A DNA stretch of 35,783 nt from Nemertoderma westbladi (taxonomy: Eukaryota > Animalia > Xenacoelomorpha), in the NCBI GenBank assembly GCA_032718475.1, contig JAUCBJ010004333.1, positions 1 to 35,783 of the forward strand, in the 5' to 3' direction. This document shows, piece by piece, positions 24,087 through 35,783 of the stretch. The notes below the pieces were generated by a model. It ran no database searches. It was given only the letters and a program-made list of their open reading frames with translations, and had not been told where the DNA came from. Position numbers and translations under genes: made by a program. Position 1 is the stretch's first letter. Every line of letters begins with the position of its first letter.

Positions 24087-27000
24087 ATCAACCACAATCA
24101 ACGACAGACATCAACAACAGCCGTCAACCACAGTCATCAACCACAGCCGACAGACATCAACCACAGCCGTCAACCACAGCCGTCAACCACAGTTATCAAC
24201 CACAGGCGACAGACATCAACCACAGCCATCAACCACAGCCGACAGACATCAACCACAGCCGTCAACCACAGCCGACAGACATCAACCACAGCCGTCAACC
24301 ACAGCCGACAGACATCAACCACAGCCGACAGCCGTCAACAACAGCCGACAGACATCAACCACAGAAATCAACCACACCCGACAGACATCAACCACAGCCG
24401 ACAGACATTAACCACAGCCGTTAACCACAGCTGACAGACATCAACCACAGCCGTCAACCACAGCCATCAGACATCAACCACAGCCATCAACCACAGCCGA
24501 CAGACATCAACAACAGCCGTCAACCACAGTCATCAACCACAGCCGACAGACATCAACCACAGCCGTCAACCACAGCCGACAGTCATCAACCACAGCCGGC
24601 AGACATCAACCACAGCCGACAGACATCAACCACAGTTATCAACCACAGCCGACAGACATCGACCACAGCCGTCAACCACAGCCGTCAACCACAGTTATCA
24701 ACCACAGGCGACAGACATAAACCACAGCCGACAGACATCAACCACAGCCGTTAACCACAGCCGACAGACATCAACCACAGTTATCAACCACAGCCGACAG
24801 ACATCAACCACAGCCGTCAACCACAGTTATCAACCACAGGCGACAGACATCAACCACAGCCATCAACCACAGCCGACAGACATCAACCACAGCCGTTAAC
24901 CACAGCCGACAGACATCAACCACAGCCATCAACCACAGCCGACAGACATCAACAACAGCCGTCAACCACAGTCATCAACCACAGCCGACAGACATCAACC
25001 ACAGCCGGCAGACATCAACCACAGCCGACAGACATCAACCACAGCCGACAGCCGTCAACAACAGCCGGCAGACCTCAACCACAGCCGTCAACCACAGCCG
25101 ACAGACATCAACCACAGCCGGCAGACATCAACCACAGCCGACAGACATCAACCACAGCCGTCAACCACAGCCATCAGACATCAACCACAGCCATCAACCA
25201 CAGCCGACAGACATCAACCACAGCCGTCAACCACAGTCATCAACCACAGCCGACAGACATCAACCACAGCCGTCAACCACAGCCGACAGACATCAACCAC
25301 AGCCGCAGACATCAACCACAGCCGACAGACATCAACCACAGCCGACAGCCGTTAACCACAGCCGACAGACATCAACCACAGCCGTCAACCACAGCCGACA
25401 GACATCAACCACAGCCGTCAGACATCAACCACAGTCATCAACCACAGCCGACAGACATCAACCACAGCCGTCAACCACAGCCGACAGACATCAACCACAG
25501 CCGTCAACCACAGCCGACAGTCATCAACCACAGCCGGCAGACATCAACCACAGCCGACAGACATCAACCACAGCCGACAGCCGTCAACAACAGCCGGCAG
25601 ACATCAACCACAGCCGTCAACCACAGCCGACAGACATCAACCACAGCCGGCAGACATCAACCACAGCCGACAGACATCAACCACAGCCGTCAACCACAGC
25701 CATCAGACATCAACCACAGCCATCCATCAACCACAGCCGACAGACATCAACCACAGCCGTCAACCACAGTCATCAACCACAGCCGACAGACATCAACCAC
25801 AGTCATCAACCACAGTCATTAACCACAGCCGACAGACATCAACCACAGCCGTCCCCGCCGACAGACATCAACCACAGCCGACAGTCATCAACCACAGCCG
25901 ACAGACATCAACCACAGTCATCAACCACAGTCATCAACCACAGCCGACAGACATCAACCACAGCCGTCAACCACAGTATCAACCACAGGCGACAGACATC
26001 AACCACAGCCATCAACCACAGCCGACAGACATCAACCACAGCCGTTAACCACAGCCGACAGACATCAACCACAGCCATCAACCACAGCCGACAGACATCA
26101 ACAACAGCCGTCAACCACAGTCATCAACCACAGCCGACAGACATCAACCACAGCCGTCAACCACAGCCGACAGTCATCAACCACAGCCGGCAGACATCAA
26201 CCACAGCCGACAGACATCAACCACAGCCGACAGCCGTCAACAACAGCCGGCAGACCTCAACCACAGCCGTCAACCACAGCCGACAGACATCAACCACAGC
26301 CGGCAGACATCAACCACAGTCATCAACCACAGCCGACAGACATCAACCACAGCCGTCAACCACAGCCATCAGACATCAACCACAGCCATCAACCACAGCC
26401 GACAGACATCAACCACAGCCGTCAACCACAGTCATCAACCACAGCCGACAGCCGTCAACAACAGCCGACAGACATCAACCACAGACATCAACCACACCCG
26501 ACAGACATCAACCACAGCCGACAGACATTAACCACAGCCGACAGACATCAACCACAGCCGTCAACCACAGCCATCAGAGATCAACCACAGCCATCAACCA
26601 CAGCCGACAGACATCAACAACAGCCGTCAACCACAGTCATCAACCACAGCCGACAGACATCAACCACAGCCGTCAACCACAGCCGACAGTCATCAACCAC
26701 AGCCGGCAGACATCAACCACAGCCGACAGACATCAACCACAGCCGACAGCCGTCAACAACAGCCGGCAGACATCAACCACAGCCGTCAACCACAGCCGAC
26801 AGACATCAACCACAGCCGGCAGACATCAACCACAGCCGACAGACATCAACCACAGCCGTCAACCACAGCCATCAGACATCAACCACAGCCATCCATCAAC
26901 CACAGCCGACAGACATCAACCACAGCCGTCAACCACAGTCATCAACCACAGCCGACAGACATCAACCACAGTCATCAACCACAGTCATTAACCACAGCCG

Positions 27001-29098
27001 ACAGACATCAACCACAGCCGTCAACCACAGCCGACAGACATCAACCACAGCCGACAGTCATCAACCACAGCCGACAGACATCAACCACAGTCATCAACCA
27101 CAGTCATCAACCACAGCCGACAGTCATCAACCACAGCCGGCAGACATCAACCACAGCCGACAGACATCAACCACAGCCGACAGCCGTCAACAACAACCGA
27201 CAGATATCAACCACAGCTGACAGACATCAACCAACCACAGCCGGCAGACATCAACCACAGCCATCAACCACAGCCGACAGACATCAACCACAGTCGTCAA
27301 CCACAGCCGACAGACATCAACCACAGCCGACAGACATCAACCACAGCCGACAGACATCAACCACAGCCGTCAACCGCAGCCGACAGACATCAACCACAGT
27401 CGTCAACCACAGCCGACAGACATCAACCACAGCCGACAGACATCAACCACAGCCGTCAACCGCAGCCGACAGACATCAACCACAGCCGACAGACATTAAC
27501 CACAGCCGACAGACATCAACCACAGCCGTCAACCACAGCCATCAGAGATCAACCACAGCCATCAACCACAGCCGACAGACATCAACAACAGCCGTCAACC
27601 ACAGTCATCAACCACAGCCGACAGTCATCAACCACAGCCGGCAGACATCAACCACAGCCGACAGACATCAACCACAGCCATCAACCACAGCCGACAGACA
27701 TCAACCACAGCCGACAGACATCAACCACAGCCGTCAACCGCAGCCGACAGACATCAACCACAGTCGTCAACCACAGCCGACAGACATCAACCACAGCCGT
27801 CAACCACAGCCATCAGACATCAACCACAGCCGTCAACCACAGCCATCAGACATCAACCACAGCCGACAGACATCAACCACAGCCGACAGACATCAACCAC
27901 AGCCGTCAACCGCAGCCGACAGACATCAACCACAGTCGTCAACCACAGCCGACAGACATCAACCACAGCCGTCAACCACAGCCGACAGAATTCAACCACA
28001 GTCGTCAACCACAGCCGACAGACATCAACCACAGTCGTCAACCACAGCCGACAGACATCAACCACAGCCGTCAGCCACAGCCGTCAGACATCAACCACAG
28101 CCGACAGACATCAACCACAGCCGACAGACATCAACCACAGCCGTCAACCGCAGCCGACAGACATCAACCACAGTCGTCAACCACAGCCGACAGACATCAA
28201 CCACAGCCGTCAACCACAGCCATCAGACATCAACCACAGCCGACAGAACCGCAGCCGTCAACCACAGCCGACAGACATCAACCACAGCCGTCAACCACAG
28301 CCGACAGACATCAACCACAGCCGTCAGCCACAGCCGTCAGACATCAACCACAGCCGACAGACATCAACCACAGCCGACAGACATCAACCACAGCCGTCAA
28401 CCACAGCCGACAGACATCAACCACAGCCGCGCTCAACCCACCCAGCCCAGCCTCAGACATCAACCACAGCCGACAGACATCAACCACAGCCGACAGACAT
28501 CAACCACAGCCGTCAACCACAGCCGACAGACATCAACCACAGTCGTCAACCACAGCCGACAGACATCAACCACAGCCGTCAGCCACAGCCGTCAGCCACA
28601 GCCGTCAGACATCAACCACAGCCGACAGAACCGCAGCCGTCAACCACAGCCGACACAAAAATCAACCACAGCCGTCAACCACAGCCGACAGACATAAACC
28701 ACAGCCGTCAGCCACAGCCGTCAGACATCAACCACAGCCGACAGACATCAACCACAGCCGACAGACATCAACCACAGCCGTCAACCACAGCCGACAGACA
28801 TCAACCACAGTCGTCAACCACAGCCGACAGACATCAACCCCAGCCGTCAGCCACAGCCGTCAGACATCAACCACAGCCGACAGACATCAACCACAGCCGA
28901 CAGACATCAACCACAGCCGTCAACCACAGCCGACAGACATCAACCACAGTCGTCAACCACAGCCGACAGACATCAACCACAGCCGACAGACATCAACCAC
29001 AGCCGACAGGCATCAACCACAGCCGACAGAACCGCAGCCGTCAACCACAGCCGACAGACATCAACCACAACCGTCAACCACAGCCGACAGATATCAAC
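24087..29098. repeat. Complex 5-kb satellite of interleaved 13-bp and 20-bp units, roughly 300 units
   Basis: Units TCAACCACAGCCG and TCAACCACAGCCGACAGACA in irregular order, with recurring rare variants. Confidence 0.97.
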
Positions 29099-29144
29099 TT
29101 CGTATTTTCGTACACTGGTTGTCATTTTTACATGGATGAAAACG

Positions 29145-29310
29145 CCCGAATACCGGCTAGAATACCGGCTTCACTTTTCAGTCGACTTTTTTATAGGAAT
29201 TTTATATATGAAGAATATGATTTTTAATTTCTCCTTATTATGTGTTTTATACGATGAGCGCGATATTTCTATTTGATAACCTGTACAGATACTATTTCGT
29301 TTATTGTTTT
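29145..29310 (+). mobile_element. Diverged partial copy of the left half of the 34074-34351 element
   Basis: GAATACC..G.TTCACTTT...GTCGACTTTTTAT..GAATTTTATATATGAAGA...CTGTACA.ATACTA.TTCGTTTATTGTTTT shared with 34085-34232. Confidence 0.65.
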
Positions 29311-29363
29311 GGAATACCTGGTTTATTGTTTTGAAATACCTGGTTTATTGTTTTGGAATACCT
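29299..29363. repeat. 22-bp tandem repeat x3
   Basis: GTTTATTGTTTTG(G/A)AATACCTG at 29299, 29321 and 29343. Confidence 0.9.
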
Positions 29364-29525
29364 CACTTGGGGTATACTACTGTTCTACGTTCTTTCCAAT
29401 AATTAATTTTAGTCTTAAATAAAATTGGTACTATTTTTTGCTTGTTTCTCAAATAGTAAAATCTCTATGAAGAAAATAATATTAGCGTGTTATAAGCGAA
29501 ATTTACGGAATAGTATGTTTCAGTT

Positions 29526-29616
29526 TCAAGTACTACCAGACCAACACAGGAATACAGCAGGTAGTCAGTCAAGTACTACCAGACCAACACAGGAATACAG
29601 CCGGTAGTCAGTCAAG
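29526..29616. repeat. 43-bp tandem duplication
   Basis: TCAAGTACTACCAGACCAACACAGGAATACAGC(A/C)GGTAGTCAG at 29526 and 29569, ending in a third TCAAG. Confidence 0.9.
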
Positions 29617-30833
29617 ATTTCTGTGTGTAGCCTGCACATCAGCACATGTGACCTGCACCCCGCACCGTGCAAGCTCCTGTGACGTAAAACTTATAAATAC
29701 TAACAATGCCCTACTGTATACCTTATAAGTACATACAATACTAATGCAGTAATACTTTTATAGATGGTCCACGGCCTGTCGTTCAATATGTGTGTCTAGG
29801 GCGGAACTGCAGCAGTTGCACTTCTAACTACAGCTGAGCTTAGTGAGCTCTCACTCTACAGTATCACAGTTGCTATTCGCTACCTAACTGCAGTACTGTT
29901 ATACAGTTGTCAGTTACTTCAATTTGTTTTCAGGAAATAAAGTAAATCTCCGATAAAATCTCAGTAAATCTCTATAAGTGGCACCTCATCTCCTGCACGG
30001 ATTTAAAGAGCAATCTTAAATGCTGAAATTTCACCTGTAGAGCGGGAAAAAAATGAAATTCTAAAAAAATTTATTTGGAATTCGAATATAATAATACAAT
30101 AATAAGTGAGTGAAGTGTGGTTTTAGATTTAAACTACCTACAATAACAAATTTAAATAATAATATTAATAATAATAATAATAACTTCTAGACGTGAAGTT
30201 ACCCGTACAGCGTATCAAACATTTCAGTTCAAAACATCCTCAAGAAAAACAAACAATAATAATGTCAATAAAGAAAAAAGTAAAACAACAATCCAGTGCC
30301 ATCAATTAATAACAGTCTGTAGTCTAACTTTCTATGATACACCCAAATAATTGCAGAATGTACAAATAACTGACTGATGTATTCTATTTTGACAAGATGA
30401 TTTCTTTCTGACAGCAGTAATATTTGACTGGTATGGTTTATATAAACATTGGCAGTTAATAAACTTATAGACTGTTTGTTGTGTCCATGTTATTATCCTG
30501 TGCTGCACAAACAACATCAGAGATACATACATACTACATACCCCACACAATTATTTCCAAGTCAGCAGTCACTCGAGGCTGGTATATGGAAATAACTAGC
30601 CAGTCATCTGGTAAGAACAAGTTGATAGGGTGGTGTTTGCTATATGGAATTGCTTATTACATTCTGTATTATTTATTGGTGGTAACAACTATTCCCGTAG
30701 TCCACGTACCACGTAAACCACACCTGCTTATTACTCTCCGACTCCCATTACTTTGTTATGCTCTATGCGCCTATGCCGGCAGATAGCTGACTATGAAATG
30801 CCGAAAGGGGTGGGGGGGGGGGGGGTCTCTTTT

Positions 30834-30940
30834 GGCGCAATAAAAATTCATCCCTCGGGAAAATCGACGCCAAAAACGACTTCCAAAAAGAAAACTGTAA
30901 CCTGCTCTATTGATAGTAGTTTATTGTTTTAGTTAGATTG
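30834..30940 (+). repeat. Short dispersed repeat family, copy 4
   Basis: GGCGCAATAAAAATTCATCCCTCGGGAAAATCGACGCC...AAACTGTAACCTG...GTTTATTGTTTTAGTTAGATT. Confidence 0.65.
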
Positions 30941-31416
30941 ACGTGTCACTATAACCTGCTCCTTTCTCTTAATTGATAGTTTAACATTGAGACACGATAT
31001 TAATTCGGTGAGATGGAATTTGCGTCCATTTCTGTTTTGGAGTACGTCTTGCAGACACTAAATTTGCAATAACTTTTGAGTGATTGCATGAATTTTGCCC
31101 AATTTTTCTACTTCGATACCCTTTCAACACATACAATTAAATTTATGAAATCAATCCAATGGGGTTACTTTTTCCTAGGGAAAAAATACGACTTTTTTTC
31201 CCGACTTTGGGGTATATTCAACCGAAAAAGGTAGAATTGAAGAATAAACATTAGTTTATGTCTTCTGAATTACAACACAACATATTTAATGTTTACCGAC
31301 TATGACATTTTAAATACTGTAAAATTAAATAATTGTTAACTTCTGGTACTATTACAGTATTGTGAGTCATGTCATACTGTAGAATGTATAATTCTCCTTA
31401 ACGAGTATCCTTCGAA

Positions 31417-32448
<1,032 letters not shown>

Positions 32449-32615
32449 TTATTAATAGATTTTACCAGCACAAATAGAATACTAAATTATTTGATAATTT
32501 AGATGGATGATGATTTAGATAATTTAGATACCAGACTATCTGGAAACACAAAGTTAATGGTAGTAACTTCGCATAGACCATGCCACGGAATATAGTGTCG
32601 TAATTCAGCGACAAT

Positions 32616-32774
32616 CCCCATCTCCCCGCCCCTCCCCACCACACCGCCCCTCCATCCCCATATCCCTCCCACCCCAACCCACACCCCCCCCCCCCCCCTA
32701 CACCAGTAGGAACACCTCTTGAATTGGTGCCTGGGATTGGTTACTAAACTATTATTTGATTAGACGTGACGTCA
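32616..32774 (-). promoter_or_regulatory. Putative GAPDH proximal promoter or enhancer
   Basis: GC boxes (CCCCGCCCC 32624, CCGCCCC 32644), two minus-strand CCAAT boxes (32723, 32736), and a palindromic CRE TGACGTCA (32767-32774) overlapping ACGTG. Lies 190-345 bp upstream of the ATG. Confidence 0.5.
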
Positions 32775-32955
32775 TCATTTAAGGAATGGAGAGAGGGGTC
32801 GAACTACTGTACAGTACCACCAAGGTCTGCCACCTTCCAATTCTAAATCTACACGGCATACAAAGATACAATATACATGTACGTACATAATGTACCGAGT
32901 ACCGGTACATACTGTAGTTCTGATCTGATTCATATCAATACCGTTATACCGGTAC

Positions 32956-33576
32956 TGTGGGGCGAGACACGTAGTCGGCGAGCCTTTGCATACGGTTCAT
33001 ATAGGGCAAATGGGGCATGTCCGTCTGTCTGTCTGTCTGTCCGTCCGTCCGTCTGGTAAATGTTTGAACGCGAATTTCTCGGCATCGCTCGTTCGGAATT
33101 GAACCAAACTTAGTAGGTAAGTAGTAGAGAGAAAGTTTAGAAAGTTTGTAAAGTTTGGTGAAAAATCATGCAGTCTGACGTCAGCTACGACAGATTATGT
33201 GGTTTTTAGAAAATGTTAAATTTCTCGGGAAGGCCTCATTTTCCTGAGCTGAAATTTTGGTGGCCTGTAGAGAATCATGAAGTCTATCTTTTACGAAATT
33301 GAAAAGTTAAGACATTTAATTGGGGATCCGCTAGAGACTCAGAAGTAATGACATAGGCCTACCGGTACGGTACTGCTGTACAGTGTTGCACTGGTAAGTA
33401 CGAAATTGCAGAATAACAATTTGACACCACCTAGCGGATTAACATATGATTGTATATCGAATGAATACATTTATAGCATGGGATATTGGGTCCAAACTAG
33501 ACATGCCCCATTTGCTCTATATGAACCGTATGCCAAGGCTTGCCGACTACGTGCTGCGCGAAGTCCCCACGAACGT
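32956..33576 (+). mobile_element. Non-autonomous DNA element, Helentron-associated/DINE-1-like
   Basis: 54-bp subterminal inverted repeats 32968-33021 and 33500-33553 (3 mismatches). A (GTCY)n microsatellite follows the left repeat directly. The asymmetric ends are shared with 7290-7458. Confidence 0.75.
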
Positions 33577-34073
33577 GTCTGACTGCCAGATACTGAAAGT
33601 ATTTTAAACATATACCGGTAAGTATCGTACCTTACTGTAAATGCCTAACTCATTACTACTGAACACTACTGAAGTCCTTGGCCTAACTACTTGTGTGATT
33701 ACTGTATGTATGTGATTGGTTCTAACTATTTGAACCCTACTGTATAATATATGTGGATTGCGGATATGGTGATCCAGGCCATGGGTGATCAGATTCTAGG
33801 CCTCATTTAGTTGCATGTAGCATGTTAGCATGTACAAGCCCAGTTTCCATGAAGAAACATACAGTACCTACTAGCTACGTGCCACAGTGTTGCAGCTAGT
33901 GGACACTGAAAATAGATAGTATCCGTAGCTTTTTAGCTGTTGGCCGCGGCTCGTAGCTACCGGCTATTTGAAACACTGTCATCCCGGTTTTCATGAAACA
34001 CACAGCTATGTTGATGATGATGTATGATGATGTACTGCAATGGTTCCTCTCCTACTGTATATCTTTATTTTAC

Positions 34074-34351
34074 GCCCATGTGAAGAATACCAGGATTTCA
34101 CTTTACGGTCGACTTTTTATTAGAATTTTATATATGAAGATTTTTTATTTTTTTAAATTTATCTTTATTAAGTGTTTTATAGCTCTTATTTCTGTCTTAT
34201 AATCTGTACATATACTAATTCGTTTATTGTTTTTGTTAGATTCAGCCATTCTGTAACCTGTGTTTTTGGTGAAAACCTGGTATTCTTCACATGGGGGTAA
34301 CTGCAAAGTGAAATATAACGGCAGAAAGTCTGGTATTCTTCACATATGGGC
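34074..34351 (+). mobile_element. MITE-like element with reiterated terminal motif
   Basis: CCCATGTGAAGAATACCAGG (34075-34094) has a perfect inverse at 34276-34295 and an imperfect second inverse at 34330-34351. Partial copies occur at 19366 and 29145. Confidence 0.7.
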
Positions 34352-34864
34352 CTTGTTTTGCATCTTTCAGTTAATTTCCACCCATTACATATTTAATTAT
34401 ATATATAAAGTTTTCACGGCTTTCTTTAATTTTTAATAAATTGGGGGGTATGTGATGTGGCACCAGTTTCAGACCCCACCCCCACACCTGTTTATTCTAG
34501 AACAAAACATAGCCAATTTCGGACCACACACCCGTTGTCCTAGAACAATATTTATTAAAAATTAATAGATAAAATGTTGTAGAACATTTTCAAAAAAGTA
34601 GGGCCTAACGTTTCGGCATGAATGTTACAAAGAGACTAGCAAAGGGCGTATCTCTTTACCTTGCCCAATCGGTGTCACATATGGTATACTATGGGTTGGC
34701 ATTAGTAAAATTAATGGTTAATAAATTAATATACACCATGACCCGTAATATAGTGTCATTTTCTGATGACACGGACACCCCCTAAAATTTTTCTACAAAT
34801 CTTTATCATATTGCTTGAAATTTGAAACACAACTAGTTCAACTCACCGTGGTTGTTACTTGTTA

Positions 34865-35517
34865 CCATGAAGCCGGAATTGTCTATTTCGGTATTAAATT
34901 ATTTTTATAAGCGTTTTAAAAATGTGTCTTTTGCGAAATCGCACCATCCGTATCATTGCCATTCTTCAAATTAGTCGTAATTTTTTCATATCAATAGAAA
35001 GCTTGCGTTGCAAGGATTCCAAATATGTAACAATGTTTGAATTTCGTGAGAAACAGCTGAGATATAGGCGTTCAAAGATTGCAAGAATTATCGTTCGCTG
35101 CAGGCCATTTATTCTATTAAAGAAATACACAATATTCTGGAACAGTTTGTTTATGTATGATTAGCTACGCAATATAGATATTGTATAGGCATACCACTGT
35201 TGCCAACCAACTCTTAAAATAAATAACACGTTCTAGAATTTTGTGTATTTATTAAATAGAATAAATGGCCTGCAGCGAACAATAATTCTTCCAATCTTTG
35301 AACGCCTATTTCTCAGCTGTTTCTCAACGAAATTCAGATATTGTTACATATGTCAGATATGTCATATATTGTAACGCAAGCTTTCTATTGAGATGAAAAA
35401 ATTACGACTAATTTGAAGAATGGCAATGATACGGATGGTACGATTTCGCAAAAGACACTTTTTTAAAACGCTTATAAAAAAAATTTAAAGGCGAAATAGA
35501 AAATTCCGGCTTCATGG
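34865..35517. mobile_element. 653-bp fold-back MITE with ~290-bp inverted arms
   Basis: CCATGAAGCCGGAATT... / ...AATTCCGGCTTCATGG. Arms ~34865-35154 and ~35219-35517, flanked on both sides by TTA (possible PIF/Harbinger-type target duplication). Confidence 0.88.
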
Positions 35518-35520
35518 TTA

Positions 35521-35783
35521 AAGTAAAAAGTAAATTTTCTTCGGCCGCTAGGCCAGGGATTACGCACAAAGTCTGACGACTTATTTCCAGTGCGGTCCCC
35601 CCAGAACTTTACTCCCCAGAGGAAACTCCAGTACTCATTTAGCTACGGATGCTCATCTTAAGGATGCAAGGCAGAGATGCGCCCTGGCTGGTCCCTTTAA
35701 AGCATTCGTGCCGAAACGAAAACTGCCCTGGCCCATGTGAGGATCGAACCACGACCTACGGGAGATGTGAATTCAATGCAACC
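35521..35783 (-). mobile_element. tRNA-derived SINE, 5' end cut by the window edge
   Basis: Minus strand B-box GGTTCGATCC (35750-35741) in a tRNA-like context, SINE-body-like GCCTTGCATCCTT...TAAATGAGTAC, and a short TTTAC-repeat tail. Confidence 0.65.

Noticed and set aside
24027-28065. Thr/Gln/His-rich and VVDVCRLWL ORFs
   Set aside because: Products of 13/20-bp units that change frame continually.
7552-29098. CRISPR-like appearance of the short repeats
   Set aside because: Units are contiguous with no unique spacers, there are no cas genes, and the context is eukaryotic.

Overview
AT-rich eukaryotic genomic DNA, most consistent with an invertebrate animal; nothing looks prokaryotic and no CRISPR, rRNA or intact tRNA was found. 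About half of the window is five unrelated tandem arrays: a 57-bp G-rich unit (1-5385), a 39-bp unit (7552-9130), a 27-bp unit (9925-15779), a 45-bp unit (22011-22511) and mixed 13/20-bp units (24087-29098). The only firmly identifiable gene is a complete, intronless GAPDH on the minus strand (31417-32430). A second, spliced minus-strand gene of unknown identity encoding a Gln-rich protein is supported by three phase-compatible exons (16561-16707, 15886-16032, 9117-9309), two of which are 147-bp paralogues. The rest is transposon debris: an RTE-like LINE 3' end, a tRNA-type SINE, a 653-bp fold-back MITE, Helentron/DINE-like elements and short dispersed repeats. The most unusual observations concern how the arrays meet the splice sites of the Gln-rich gene. 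The 39-bp array is an amplified splice donor, the 27-bp array is a 1976-codon open frame behind an in-phase AG, and the 57-bp array is acceptor-like on the same strand. Functional use of these is unproven inference. All counts and coordinates were made by eye.
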